From Eledone cirrhosa (taxonomy: Eukaryota): a stretch of DNA of 64,000 bases. Numbering within the stretch: the stretch's first letter is position 1; every line of letters begins with the position of its first letter. The notes under the pieces are model-generated. The model saw only the letters and a program-made list of their open reading frames with translations. It was not told where the DNA came from and searched no databases. Made by a program: the position numbers and the translations under genes. The stretch spans positions 88,846,001-88,910,000 of the forward strand of contig OZ024741.1 in the NCBI GenBank assembly GCA_964016885.1, in the 5' to 3' direction. Shown piece by piece: positions 11,351-28,079 of this stretch.

Positions 11351-12201
11351 ATTCATTTAAATTATTGATTTATTGATATTTTATTTGAGTGACCCGAATC
11401 TTCCTGGTCGTTCTTTTTCGGCTGCACGGGTGATTTTAGGCATAATCTCTATGTGTTGGTAATTTAACGATAGTTATAGCTCTGATTTATCCAAATTATT
11501 GAGCCCTCTGCCACTCATATCGGATATTGTTTATCGTTAATTCGTAAGCTGATTTTCCGATACTCGATTATTCTATTATATTTAGCTCTAGACCTAGCTA
11601 TTGACCAGTTAATTTTATTGATCATTTTTTTGTCGATTCTATTGACTGATGAATAGCTCCTGTTTATTTTAACATGTCTATTGAGCACTCTGATTCGATA
11701 TGTGATATTTTGTATTCCTCCATGATTTCCACATTACCGAAATTGTTTTCGCTAATATAGAGGTTATCTCCCTTGCTGGGCACCATGTGCGTGTCTGGCT
11801 AAAGGTCACTCTTTATTATTGGACGGAACCCGTTGATAAAGCTCTTCCGGTCCACTCCTTCCCTAGAAGTCTTATATAATTTTATGTGGGCTGATAGTGA
11901 ACGGATTAAGGAATTGCAGAAACCCAAGAAGCTAGATTTAACACCCTTCTAGCGGGTCCGGGTAAGTTTTTTACATTCATTTAAATTATTGATTTATTGA
12001 TATTTTATTTGAGTGACCCGAATCTTCCTAGTCGTTCTTTTTCGGCTGCACGGGTGGTTTTAGGCATAATCTCTATGTGTTGGTAATTTAACGATAGTTA
12101 TAGCTCTGATTTATCCAAATTATTGAGCCCTCTGCCACTCATATCGGATATTGTTTATCGTTAATTCGTGAGCTGATTTTCCGATACTCGATTATTCTAT
12201 T

Positions 12202-12203
<2 letters not shown>
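11351..12203. repeat. Tandem repeat with 624-bp period (about 1.4 copies), variant 2 of the 9541 repeat
   Basis: ATTCATTTAAATTATTGA at 11351 and 11975. Shares TTAACGATAGTTATAGCTCTGATT, AATTATTGAGCCCTCTGCC and GAAGCTAGATTTAACACC with variant 1. Confidence 0.88.
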
Positions 12204-14220
<2,017 letters not shown>

Positions 14221-15180
14221 GAACAAAAGATGGTTAAAGGAGTTCCATGTATTTTATTATGCGCATTTCAAAAACAAATATCATCATGCAATAATATTTG
14301 TGTTTTCATCAAATAAAACAGGAGGACATGATATGAAGGCTAAAAAACACTTGTGGATAGTTCAGTTTTAAATCAACATATGAGAAGTAGTTTTAGATTG
14401 ATGTGTGATATTGGGAAAGATATTTTATTTAGAGGGGGGGGGGGAGGATGAAAAAAAGAGGAGGAGATGAGAGTGAAGGTGGAGAGGGAGGAGTATAATG
14501 AGGAAGGATGAGATAGGAGGAGAGATGGGTGATAGAGAGAGAGAGATAGTTTTTATAACTGAGAAAGATATATTGTTTTACATAGAGAGGTTGAAAACCG
14601 TTGGAAGATAATGTATAAATTAAAAGAATTTGAAAATTAACGAAGGGAAAAATATGTGCGAAGAAGGAGAGGGAGTTAATATGTATTGAGAATAATGAGT
14701 TTGATGATAGAGAGAAGAGAATAATGAATTGCGGATGAATATTCTAACGTGAAAAAAAATGTATATGTTTACGAAGGATTTTTATAAGGTGATATAGAGT
14801 AAGAATGTGTTGTATTATGTAATAATTGATTCTATGTTAGGCAAGAGTGAGAAAAGGTACAGATTAGGGGTTAGATATTAGAAGAGAGGAAAAGGAAGTG
14901 ATAAATATGGGTGGTGTAGCAAGAGTCAACAAGTATTATGGAAATTTGAAAATTAACGAAGAGAAAAAAAAAAAAAAAAAGGAAATGTAAAGTTAAGGTT
15001 TGTATATTGAAGGATTTGAGAAAAATAATGTGAAGTTAAGGTTTGTATATTGAAGGAATTGATATGTGCGAAGAAAAAGAAAATGTTAATATGTATTGAG
15101 AATGAGTTAGATGATAGGGAGAAAAAAATAATGAATTAAGGATGAATAATCTAGCGTCAAAACAAATGTATATGTTTACG
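14221..15180 (-). mobile_element. Highly degenerate PLE-like 3' remnant with internal tandem duplication
   Basis: Ends in a hammerhead motif next to (TA)n. Duplicated blocks at 14652-14772 and 15063-15180. Only weak PLE-like peptide hints. Confidence 0.4.
14251..14319 (-). ncRNA. Type-I hammerhead motif with C3U change
   Basis: Minus strand: GTTTTAT TTGATGA [11-bp stem ACAAATATTAT/ATGATATTTGT] GAA ATGCGCAT A ATAAAAT. 7-bp helix I and palindromic helix III. Confidence 0.6.
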
Positions 15181-15199
15181 GGGGGGGGGGGGGGGGGGG

Positions 15200-15684
15200 T
15201 GATAGAGATGCCCACTGGCTGTAGTAGGTTTTTACTTTGTATTTAGGTAAGGCGGGTCTTCTCTATTACTGAGTACCGCCAAAGGTCTTGGTCCAGTGAC
15301 ATTGTCTTGGAGAGGTGTAAGCGTGTGAGGTCGGAATTTATCAGCTCGTCCCATGTTTTTCTGGGTCTGCCTACTCCGTGGCTACCGTCTATCTTTATTG
15401 CCCTGCACTTTGTTATACAGCTGTCGTCTTTCATGCGCATCACGTGACCGTACCAACGTAGCCTTCTCTCGAGTAAACAACATCTGATCCCTCTTATTTC
15501 TAATTCTTTCCTTAGTTCGTTTATGCTTTGGCGTTCACGTATATTACTATTGCACATCCAGCGGAGCATGCAAGCTTCGTTCCTCTCTAGTCTGCGTATA
15601 TCCTCTGCATACAATGCCCAGGTCTCACTGCCATGCAGCATTGCTGTTCGTATGCAGGCATCGTATAACCTGCCTTTCATTTTT
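15200..15684 (-). mobile_element. RTE subfamily B fragment (ORF C-terminus and start of 3' UTR)
   Basis: ORF 15243-15680 MKGRLYDACIRTAMLHGSETW...RRLRWYGHVMR...GRPRKTW. Bounded by poly-G and poly-T/(TA)n. Confidence 0.9.
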
Positions 15685-15755
15685 TTTTTTTTTTTTTTTT
15701 TATATAAATATATATATATAAATATAAATATATATAAATATAAATATATAAATAT

Positions 15756-15787
<32 letters not shown>

Positions 15788-15789
<2 letters not shown>

Positions 15790-18064
15790 CATTATCATCG
15801 TTTAACGTCCATCTTCCACGCTTGCATGGGTTTGGACGGGAGTTTTCCCACTTGAAGCAAGAGTGGTTGTCTTGCTCGCATAGGACTGTCTGGCGGGCTT
15901 TCTACGGCTGGATGCCCTTCCTAACACCAACCACGTTTACAGTATGGACGGGGAGGTTTTTACCGTGTTACCTATACGGCCACATTACAGCGTGGATTGT
16001 CTGTTTTTTTGTTGTGATACCTACACGCCCTCATTTGTTTTGGACTGGATGTTGTGGTACCAACATAACTTTACATTGAAAGAGGTGGTGTGGATGGGGT
16101 GAGGGTAGTGGGACGAAGGTGTGTTTTTGTTAGAGGTGCCTACTGACTGTAGTAGGTTTCACTTTGTACTTAGGTAAGGCAGGTCTTCTGTATTACTGTG
16201 TAGCGCTAAAGATCTCGGTCCAGTGACATTGTCTTGGAGAGGTGTAAGTGTGAGGTCGGAATTATCAAGTCGTCCCAGGTTTTTCTGGGTCTGCCTACTC
16301 CGTGGCTACCGTCTATTTTTATTGCCCTGCACTTTGTTATACAGCTGTCGTCTTTCATGCGCATCACGTGACCGTACCAACGTAGTCTTCTCTTGAGTAA
16401 ACAACATCTGATCCCTCTTAATTCTAATTTTTCCCTTAGTTCGTTTATGCTTTGTCGTTCACGTATATTACTATTACGCATCCAGCGGAGCATGCAAGCT
16501 TCGTTCCTCTCCAGTCTGCGTATATCCTCTGCACACAATGCCCAGGTCTCACTGCCATGCAGCATTTCTGTTCGTATGCAGGCATCGTATAACCTGCCTT
16601 TCATTTTTAGGGAGAACCCTCTAGCGGCTAATAGTGGTATAAGCTCTCTGAACTTTTTCCATCCAGTTCTGACTCTAGCTACTGTACTTTCAGAGCACCC
16701 TCCCCCACTGTTGATTTTGTCAGCCAGGTAACGGAAGCTGTCCACTATTTCTATAGAACCCTCTGCGCAGTTGAAGGAGCTAGTATTTTGTGGGCACTTG
16801 CTGCTACTTATTGCACCAGAGCACCGGCCACATGTAAAATCTATGTTCTTAGTTAGCTTACCTGTGATGCCACTACATCTTTTATGCACCCATACTTTGC
16901 ATTTGGGACATAAAATGGAGTTTCTACCTACGCCTTTACTACACACTGAGCATGGCCATTTCCCAGAAGGGACCGCCGCCTTATTTTCTTTCCTACAAAC
17001 TAGAACTTTAGTCTTAGCCAGGTTAATTTTAAGGCCTTTTGATTCTAGGCCGTGCTTCCATGTTTGGAATTTCTTCTCTAGTTCGGTCATTGATTCAGCT
17101 ATGAGCATTAGATCATCTGCGTATAGGAGTTCCCATGGGCAGCCGGTCTTGAACTCCACTGTTATAGCCTGAAGGGCAATAATAAATAGTAGGGGGCTAA
17201 GAACAGAGCGCTGATGGACACCAACTTTTACGCTAAACTCTTCACTATATTCGTTGTTAATTCTAACCTTACTGACTGTTTCTTTATACATGGCTTGTAT
17301 AGCTCTCACAAGCCATTCGTCAACACCTAGTTTTCTAAGAGACCACCAGATAATGGAACGGGGGACTCTGTCGAAGGCTTTCTCCAAGTCGACGAAACCT
17401 AAGTATAGGGGTTTACTTTTAGCTAGGTACTTCTCCTGTAGTTGTCGTACAATGAAAAGAGCGTCTGTGGTACTTTTGCCTGACACAAACCCGAACTGCA
17501 TTTCATCTAGATCAATTCTCTCTCTGATTAGTTGCGCTATTACTTTTTCCGTGACCTTCATGACCTGGTCGATTAATTTAATCTAGTTACTCCTATCTAG
17601 GGCATCTCCTTTTCCCTTATAGCAGTTAACGATGATGCTGCTACGCCAGTCCTTCGGAACAACCCCATTCTGTACGACTTGGTTAACTATCCGGGTGACC
17701 ATGGTGTGTCCCACCGAACCAGATGCCTTCAGCATCTCAGCAACTATTTCCGAAGGACCAGCCGCCTTACCCGTCTTCATATCTTTGATTGCCTTGCTTA
17801 TTGTACTACCCTGGACTAACACTGCTGGTCCCTCTATTGGGTCGATGTGGGGGAGACTGTCTTTCTCCCATTTGTTCTCCTCATTTAGAAGCCTTTCGTA
17901 GTGACACTTCCAAGCTACCTTCTTATCAGCGTCAGTGATGGCAAGTATGCCATCATCGTTAAGTACACACTTCTCCCCGACAATATCACGGTTTTCCTTG
18001 ACACATTGCCTGGCAATCCTGAACACCTCAGGTTTTTGGTCCTCACGTTGTAGAACATGCTTGA
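15788..18064 (-). mobile_element. 5'-truncated RTE LINE, subfamily B (RT, PHD-like finger, 3' UTR, tail)
   Basis: ORFs 17583-18026 and 16206-17561: KAAGPSEI, QFGFVSGKSTTDA, FVDLEKAFDRVP, YADD. Frameshifted; both ends abut (TA)n. Confidence 0.95.
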
Positions 18065-18159
18065 TATATAGATATATATATATATATATAGATATATATA
18101 TATATAGATATATTTATAGATATATATATTTATAGATATATATTTATATATATATCAAG

Positions 18160-18508
18160 TAAGTATGTTTTGAAACAGTGAGCAGGTTTGAAATTAGAAA
18201 ATAGAATAGCTTTCACCGTATTTTCTAGTAAATGGGGTTTAGAACCCTCAGATAAATGGAAAAAGATGAGTATTGACGTACATGGGAGTCGAACCCACAT
18301 CTTTGGTTATTGCGACCACTGACCTACCATTACACCAACACATCACCCAGCTCTCTCCATCCAAATTAGAAGCTACATTCTTAGCGAGTTTAAATGGCAA
18401 ATAAGTATGTTTTGAAACAGTGAGCAGGTTTGAAATTAGAAAATAGTATAGCTTTCACCGTATTTTTGACTAGCCTAAAATTCCTTTAGTCAAAAATACG
18501 GTTAAAGC
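18160..18508 (-). mobile_element. Candidate non-autonomous cassette: 65-bp direct repeats around a tRNA-like unit, with a terminal fold-back
   Basis: Direct repeats 18160-18224/18402-18466 (period 242, 1 mismatch seen). IR 18451-18472/18487-18508 (21/22). (TA)n on both sides. Confidence 0.55.
18274..18344 (-). tRNA. tRNA-like sequence or pseudogene (non-canonical; loop CGCAATA, nominal anticodon CAA)
   Basis: Acceptor stem GATGTGT/GTACGTC, A-box TGGTGTAATGG, T-arm GTGGG-TTCGACT-CCCAT, TTTTT terminator ~10 nt downstream. D-stem is broken and U33 is absent. Confidence 0.55.
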
Positions 18509-19160
<652 letters not shown>

Positions 19161-21866
19161 TTAACGACAAATTCACGACAGATTCACCTCATGCTGCCGG
19201 ACGAAAGGGCATGGACTCGTCCTGTTTGTTTCGGCCGCGGATGGCCAACAAAACCCCAACTCCATCCCCCTCACCCCTTCCCGCGCCCCAGCCACCAAAC
19301 GCAATCCAAAACTTCAGAGTTCGTACCATGAATGTAGGCACCTTAAAAGGCCGCTCTAACAAGGTTGTAGAAATTCTTGGACGTAAGGAGGTTGATGTTT
19401 GCTGTATCCAAGAGACCAGGTGGAGGGGTGGGTCTGCTAGATTCATTGTGGGTAAAAAACGATGCTATAAGCTTTTCTGGGTGCGAAATGACAATGGGCT
19501 GGGTGGGGTAGGAAGCATGTTAGCAGAAAAATGGGTAGATAAGATAATAGACGTAAATAGAGTGAATGACAGAATAATTAAAATAAGACTTGTTCTAAAT
19601 AGAACTACTGTGACAGTAATATCTCTGTAAGCACCCCAATCTGGACTACCTGGCGCTATAAAAGACAGATTCTATGAGACACTGATGCTCACTACCTCCC
19701 AAATAACCGACAGTGACTATATAATTCTTGCTGGCGACCTAAATGGTCACGTTGGACAACATTGTGATGGCTATGAAGGAATCCATGGAGGCTATGGGTT
19801 TGGTACTAGAAATGAAGAAGGCTCCAGAATCCTGGAATTCTGTGACGCAAATAACCTAACTATCTGTAACACTAACTTCAAAAAACGAGACAATCACTTG
19901 ATCACCTACGGATCAGGGGAACATACCAGCCAGGTAGATTATATCCTTACCAGAAGACGTGACAGAGTGTCTGTTGTAAACACTAAATCCCTCCCCCATG
20001 AAGAATGCACCTCCCAACATAGACTGATAATTAGCGACCTCATAGTCAGGACGAGACGTACTCTACAACAGAAGAGGACTATCCTCAGGAGAAAAATATG
20101 GAAGCTAAAGGACACCACAGCCAGTAATAAATTTAAAAGCATATTACTTGATACTTTCGACAGTAAGGAAGAGCAATTAGAGTCGTACAATATAGAGGAA
20201 TAGTGGGAATTCCTGAAAGCAAACCTGCTGATGGCGGCAGACGAAGTCTGTGGCTGGAGCAGGCCTATAGGCAGGAGGAGAGTAACATGGTGGTGAACAG
20301 TAAGGTGCAGGAGTCAATTAAGGCCAAAAAGCAGGCTTGGAAAGTATGGCGGGATGGGGGAAGTAGAAAAGACTATCAAGTGGCCAGGAGGGAAGCTAGG
20401 AGACAAGTGTACTTCGCAAGAAGGGAAGCAGAGGAAAGAAAGTTCAAGCATGTTCTATAACGCGAGGACCAAAAACATGAGGTGTTCAGAATTGTTAGGC
20501 AATGTGTCAAGGAAAACCGTGATATTGTCAGGGAGAAGTGCGTCTTTGATGATGGTGTAATTACCATCACTGACGCTGATAAGAAGGTAGCTTGGAAGTG
20601 TCACTACGAAAGGCTACTAAATGAGGAGAATAAATGGAAGAAAGACAGTCTCCCCCACATCGATCCAATAGAGGGACCAGCAGTGTTAGTCGAAGGTAGT
20701 ATAATAAGTAAGGCAATCAAAGATATGAAGACAGGTAAGGCGGCTGGGCCTTCGGAAATAGTTGCTGAAATGCTGAAAGCTTCTGAAACGGTGGGACACA
20801 CCATGGTCACCCGGAAAGTAAACCATTTCATACAGAATGGGGTTGTTCCGAAGGACTGGCGTCGCAGCATCATCATTAACTGCTACAAGGGTAAAGGAGA
20901 TGCCCTAGATAGGAGTAACTATAGAGGCATTAAATTAATCAACCAGGTCATGAAGGTCACAGAAAAAGTAATAGCGCAACTAATCAGAGAGCGAATTGAT
21001 CTAGATGAAATGCAGTTCGGGTTTGTGTCAGGTAAATGTACCACAGACGCTCTTTTCATTGTACGACAACTACAGGAGAAGTACCTAGCTAAAAGTAAAC
21101 CCCTATACTTAGCTTTTGTTGACTTGGAGAAAGCCTTTGACAGAGTCCCCCGTTCCATTATCTGGTGGGCTCTTAGAAAACTAGGTGTTGATGAATGGCT
21201 TGTGAGAGCTATACAAGCCATGTATAAAGAAACAGTCAACAAGGTTAGAATTAACAACGAATATAGTGAAGAGTTTAGCGTAAAAGTTGGTGTTCATCAG
21301 GGCTCCGTACTATTTATTATTGCCTTAAAATTGACCTGTCTAAGACTAAAGTTCTAGTTTGTAGGAAGGAAAATAGGGCACCGGTTCCATCCGGGAAATG
21401 GCCATGCTCAGTGTGTAGGAGTAAGTAGAAACTCCATTTTATGTCCCAAATGCAAAGTATGGGTGCATAAAACATGTAGTGGGATCACAGGTAAGCTAAC
21501 TAAGAACATAGATTTTATATGTGGCTGGTGCTCTGGTGCAATAAGTAGCAGCAAGTGCCCACAGAATACTAGCTCATTCCATTGCACAGATGGTTCTATA
21601 GAAATAGTGGACACCTTCCGTTACTTGGGTGACAAAATCAGCAGTGGTGGAGGGTGCTCTGAAAGTACAGTAGCTAGAGTCAGAACTGGATGGAAAAAGT
21701 TCAGAGAGCTTATACCACTATTAGCCGCTAAAGGGTTCTCTCTAAAAATGAAAGGCAGGCTGTATGATGCCTGCATGCGAACAGCAATGTTACATGGCAG
21801 TGAGACCTGGGCATTGTGTGCAGAGGATATACGCAGACTGGAGAGGAACGAAGCTTGCATGCTCCG
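19161..21866 (+). mobile_element. RTE LINE, subfamily B: 5' UTR, APE endonuclease and RT; 3'-truncated, with stops and deletions
   Basis: TMNVGTLKG, CCIQETRW, AGDLNGHVG, QVDYIL, TSQHRLII (APE motifs) followed by RT motifs. Stops at 19630, 20203 and 20460; a deletion removes the YADD region. Confidence 0.95.
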
Positions 21867-22076
21867 AGTGAGTTCAGTCGGCCAGGCGCACCGAAAACGA
21901 GATATACTTTAACTTTAATTATATCTCATAAAATAATACAACTGGTTTTTCCACATTATACATATTGTTAGCACCCCAAACACTTAAATTGGGTTTATAT
22001 TTAAATATAACCTAATGTTTGTTGAGTGAGATGGTTACCAGTCAGAGTTTAGCTTTAAAGTATCTCTGTTATTGTA
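21867..22076 (+). repeat. Unclassified repeat fragment replacing the RTE 3' end
   Basis: Homologous to the reverse complement of about 9240-9395. Confidence 0.55.
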
Positions 22077-23633
<1,557 letters not shown>

Positions 23634-23634
<1 letters not shown>

Positions 23635-23920
23635 TCATCATCATCATCACCGTTTAACGTCCATGTTCCACGCTTGCATGGGTTTGGACGGGAGTTTTCC
23701 CACTTGAAGCAAGAGTGGTTGTCTTGCTCGTATAAGACTGTCTGGCGGGTTTTCTACAGCTGGATGCCCTTCCTAACACCAACCACATTTACAGTGTGGG
23801 ACTGGGAGGTTTTTACCGTGTTGCCTACACGGCCACATTACAGCGTGGACTGTGTGTTTTTTTGTCGTGACACCTACACGATCTCATTTGTTTCGGCCTG
23901 AATGTTGTGGCACCAACATA
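23634..23920 (-). mobile_element. RTE subfamily B 3' UTR and tail
   Basis: Near-identical to 15788-16066 and to the reverse complement of 52179-52476. Confidence 0.92.
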
Positions 23921-24312
23921 TATATAAATATATATAAATATATATATATATAAATATATGTAGATAAATCTACCAAAATATACGGTAGTGTCCAATCCAT
24001 ATGAAGAACTCAATGTAATCCAAATATCATGAAAAGAGAAGATATATTCAACATTTTTTTAGATGAAAAACACAGGAAAACAGAGTCAAGATAAACTAAT
24101 AAAAATAATGAATAAAAACAAATTATTTCTGTAGACAGCATATATATGTGTAGGTATGTATATTCCCTCTGATAGTTTGTAAAAATTTTACATAGATCTA
24201 TATAATATACATGCCAACACACATATATATATCCTAGAAACGATCGTAAAATGATGAATTTTTTAATATAAGGAACTGTTTCTTTGTTTTTATTCATTAT
24301 TTTTATTAATTT

Positions 24313-24363
24313 ATATATAAATATATATATATATATTTATATAAATATATATATATATATATA

Positions 24364-24422
<59 letters not shown>

Positions 24423-24452
24423 TTATAAATATATATATTTATAAATATATAT
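24313..24452. repeat. (TA)n microsatellite
   Basis: Direct reading. Confidence 0.95.
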
Positions 24453-25629
24453 ATCACCACCCCACTCTCAAGAGCATAAAACTAATAAACCTTTGTTCGT
24501 TGGCATCCACTTTTCCATGCTGAGATGATTTAGATAGGTCTCACAATATCTCACCTAGCCCATTATTACATTTCTTACCGGATTAATAAAATAAAGTACC
24601 AGTAATGCACTGAGATAATTGCTGGCCTTGTGCCAAAAGTAGAAACAATTATTACATTTCTTATCTCTGGGATAATTGCTGGCCTTATGCCAAAAGCAAA
24701 AACAATTATTACATTTCTTAATGTTCTGTACTATGACTGCATCACATTCAAAATTAAGGTCATAATACTGCAGATTTTCGCAATGATTTATAAATACTAT
24801 AAACATTTGAATTAACAATCCAGTTTTAATATATTTTCTACTTTGCTTTAAGTTTTACTTCATTTCCTTCTTGTGTTCCATTTTCTTTTCTTTTAGTTCT
24901 TATTCTTTTTCTCTTGAACCTTGCTTCTGTTTCTTCTTGTCACTTTACAGCACATCATTCAATTTACATAAACTATTTATTTCTTGCAGTAATCTTCCTA
25001 TCCTTGAGCAGTTTCTCTGTGACTGAAAATTCCTTCATCTGTTTGATCCATCATATATATTGACTCAACCACAAATCCAAAGCCAAAGATAACTAAAGAC
25101 CAAGATTTGATCAACTACTTCATTTCTGTATTGGTTGCCATTGAGTTCTCCAGTGTCTTTGATCCTCGGACTGTCATTTTCCTCTGCAATATCAGGAGTG
25201 CATCCTGCTTGAGGAAGAGCCCCATGAGGTGGAAAAGCTGATGCAGCAAGTGTCACTGGTGGCTGTTCTCTGCAGTGATGCTTTCACCATCTTATCTGAG
25301 GGGTGCAGATAAGGTGTGCTGCTCAGCCAAGAGTGTAGAGTTTATTAACCCTTCCCTTTTCTCTATGCTCTTTTCTTTTTTCTCTCTTCATGTTTGTTAA
25401 CTGTGTTTTTTTACCTACTTTTATTATTGTATACCTGTTCAAATAAAGCTACCTTTTCAAGTCATCTCTTTACTTCCTTAGTCTTCTTATGCTCTCCTCT
25501 TACATACTTCATTATTCTTGTCACACAAATATATAGGACAATTTCTGCATACATTAGCATCCACATGGTAGCAAAATAAATACAACAAACAAGGAAAATA
25601 GATATCCCACAAAAACAACACAATCGTGC

Positions 25630-25775
25630 CCCTAGTGCTATAAGTTAGGGATACACACACTTAAAGGCCTCTAGTGCTATAAGCTATAGCTTAGGGACAC
25701 ACACACTTAAAGGCTCCTAGCTTAGGGACATACACACAAAGGTCCCTAGCTTAGGGGGAGACACACTTAAAGACC
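25630..25775. repeat. Short minisatellite (about 4 units, TAGCTTAGGGACACACACACTTAAAGG)
   Basis: Repeated TTAGGG..ACACAC..AAAGG units. Confidence 0.7.
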
Positions 25776-26189
25776 TCATTTTAAAAAAATATATTTTTAT
25801 TTCTATCATTAATTATTATTTTTTAATACTAAATCACCAAAAATTATATATATATATATATATAATATATATATATATATATACTATTTATTCTTTATCA
25901 TTAACATTAATATAAAAAATAACAATTATATTTTTTTAGAGAAGAGCCTCAGCAGGTGAATGTCCAGCCCTGAGCGCTACCTTTTCAGTTGTTTACCATA
26001 GGCTTTATATGGTTTTGACTGCAAACCTTGATAGCCACATCAGCAGGTTTTATAGCTTTAGCTACTAAGGCTTAAACTCACATACTGTGTCTGTTCTTCT
26101 GAATATGCTGATTGTTGTTTTGTCCTTACCTAAAACCATTTATCTACATACTTCTTACTCACATGACCCAAATTACCCACAATCTTGTG

Positions 26190-26372
26190 TTTGGCAATAT
26201 CGGCAGAGCGTCAGACACCATGTTTTGCAGCATAGAGTTATGTCCCTTTACATTCTGAGTTCAAATCCCACCAAGGTTAGCTTTGCCTTTCATCCTTACG
26301 GGATTGATAAAATAGGCACCAGTAATGCGCCAGAGTAATTGCTAACCTTGTGCCAAAGGTAGAAACAATCTT
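26190..26372 (+). mobile_element. tRNA-derived SINE, family 2
   Basis: TTGGCAATATCGGCAGAG head, B-box GAGTTCAAATCC, core CTTTGCCTTTCATCCTT..GATAAAAT, tail CCTTGTGCCAAAGGTAGAAACAAT. Confidence 0.75.
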
Positions 26373-26929
26373 AAGTTTAACCTTTCACTCAAACCTTCTT
26401 CCCCAGAACTCCCTCACTGTCCACGTAACCCTTTTGTTATCATATTTCTAATGTTAGACACTGTCCATGATTTTTCAAATAATTTTGAAAATAATCAGGA
26501 ATTTGTTGGGATTTAGTAATATAACTAACTTCCTCATTATCAAGTTGCAAAATAACATAAATGTTATATAAAATTATGGTGGAAAGTTTTTAGATAAATA
26601 TAAACACCTTAAAACAAATGAATTTGTAATTTAGAACTGAACATAAAACACAATCTCACTTAGTTAAACTAAGACAATACAACTTAACAAGAAAGACGAC
26701 ATGGCTTCTCAACCTGTTAGTAATAGCAGCCAAGTGCAGTTCTTGACACCCTGTTTCCTTAAAAAATGAAAGACACAGGATATTTTAGCCCTAATTGTCC
26801 TATGCTTGAAAAAAAATTGAGATGGTGATTAGTAGACTGCTTTTGATCATATCTCATCAAACCTAACTAACCTGGAATAAAGCAACAGCTAGAAGAAATC
26901 AAATGGCTTCTAATTTGAACACACTAATT

Positions 26930-27115
26930 TAAGCACAAGGCCAGCAATTTGTGGGAAAGTCGATTATACCAATCCAGTTCTCTACAGGTACTTTATTTTA
27001 TTGACCGCAAATGGATGAAAGGCAAAACTGACCTCAGCAGGATTTGAACTCAGAACGTAAAGATCCAGAGTGAATACTGTTAAGCATTAGTGGAACATTT
27101 TAACAACTCTGACAA
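26930..27115 (-). mobile_element. SINE family 2
   Basis: GGATGAAAGGCAAAACTGACCTCAGCAGGATTTGAACTCAGAACGTAAAG on +. Confidence 0.7.
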
Positions 27116-27645
27116 TAGTTAAGAAAGACATCAGTTATGTAGGACTAAAGCACTGAACTAAAGGTCAATGACTTAGATGGAAACCCTCTCACACAGTAAA
27201 CAACCTCGTGGTACTGTTTACTCAAGAGAATAATACTCTGAATCAATCAAGCTGACTAAAAAGCTGTCAGTTGGACATCACAGGTATTGTCATGTTAGGA
27301 TCTGAATCAAAACCATACAAATATAAACAGTTGCTTCATTTTTACAACTAATCAACAATCACTGACATACAGAAAACTACTGCAGTTACTATTATCACCA
27401 CTGTAAAGTGCTTGGTGAGTAAGCAGAGATAACGTAGGGTCCAGGAATCTTTTGTCTGGCTGAGGATAAAACCTCTCTAGTGTTGGTGTCACAATAAAAT
27501 GCACACACCACACACAATGGAGTGGTTGGTGTTAGGAAGGGCATCCAGTCATTGAAACCATGTCAAATAATGGTACTTACAAGCAAGCTGTGGTCCTCTG
27601 ACACATCTAAAAAGGCAATAACTCCAAATATTACTAACAGTACAA

Positions 27646-27846
27646 GGGTGGTAAATTGGCAGAATTGCTAGAGCACCAGACAAAATGTTTTGCAGATGTT
27701 GTTTCAGCTCTTTACGCTGTGAATTCAAATCCCATCGCGGTCAATTTTGCCTTTCTTCCTTTCAGGGTCAATAAAATAAAATATCAGTCACACACTTTTC
27801 CCTCAACAAAATTACAGGCCCCATGCCTAAATTAGATACAATTATT
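27646..27846 (+). mobile_element. SINE family 2
   Basis: GGGTGGTAAATTGGCAGAATTGCTAGAGC...GAATTCAAATCCC...TTTGCCTTTCTTCCTTTCAGGGTCAATAAAATAAA. Confidence 0.7.
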
Positions 27847-28079
27847 GCTGACAGTACATTCCAGCAAGCTATCCTACCCAATAGACAGATGAGGAGACCA
27901 ATGAGAATAGAAACCATCACAAGTTACATGAGGTACCACAACAATTTTATTAAAGCAATGAATGTCAGCTCTTTTTATTCTATTAGACTGCATAACAGCT
28001 AAGAGCAGTCTGCCTTGAAAGAATATATTTAGCAAAGAGACAAGCTGAAAGTAAGAGGTTAATCAATATTCTGTGGTGA

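Noticed and set aside
11641-11680. CTGATGA within the 624-bp tandem unit
   Set aside because: No helix II or GAAA follows, and the motif is not conserved in variant 1 (GTGATGA).
16393-17901. Plus-strand ORFs overlapping the RTE (and equivalent antisense ORFs at 3199, 3910, 20604, 20919, 51077)
   Set aside because: They are antisense shadows of the RTE reading frame.
24840-25330. Purine-rich minus strand that could encode a coiled-coil host exon or LINE ORF1
   Set aside because: Multiple stops and no recognisable motif or supported splice structure.
25630-25775. TTAGGG motifs suggesting an interstitial telomere
   Set aside because: These are single hexamers within a ~30-bp minisatellite unit, not tandem (TTAGGG)n.
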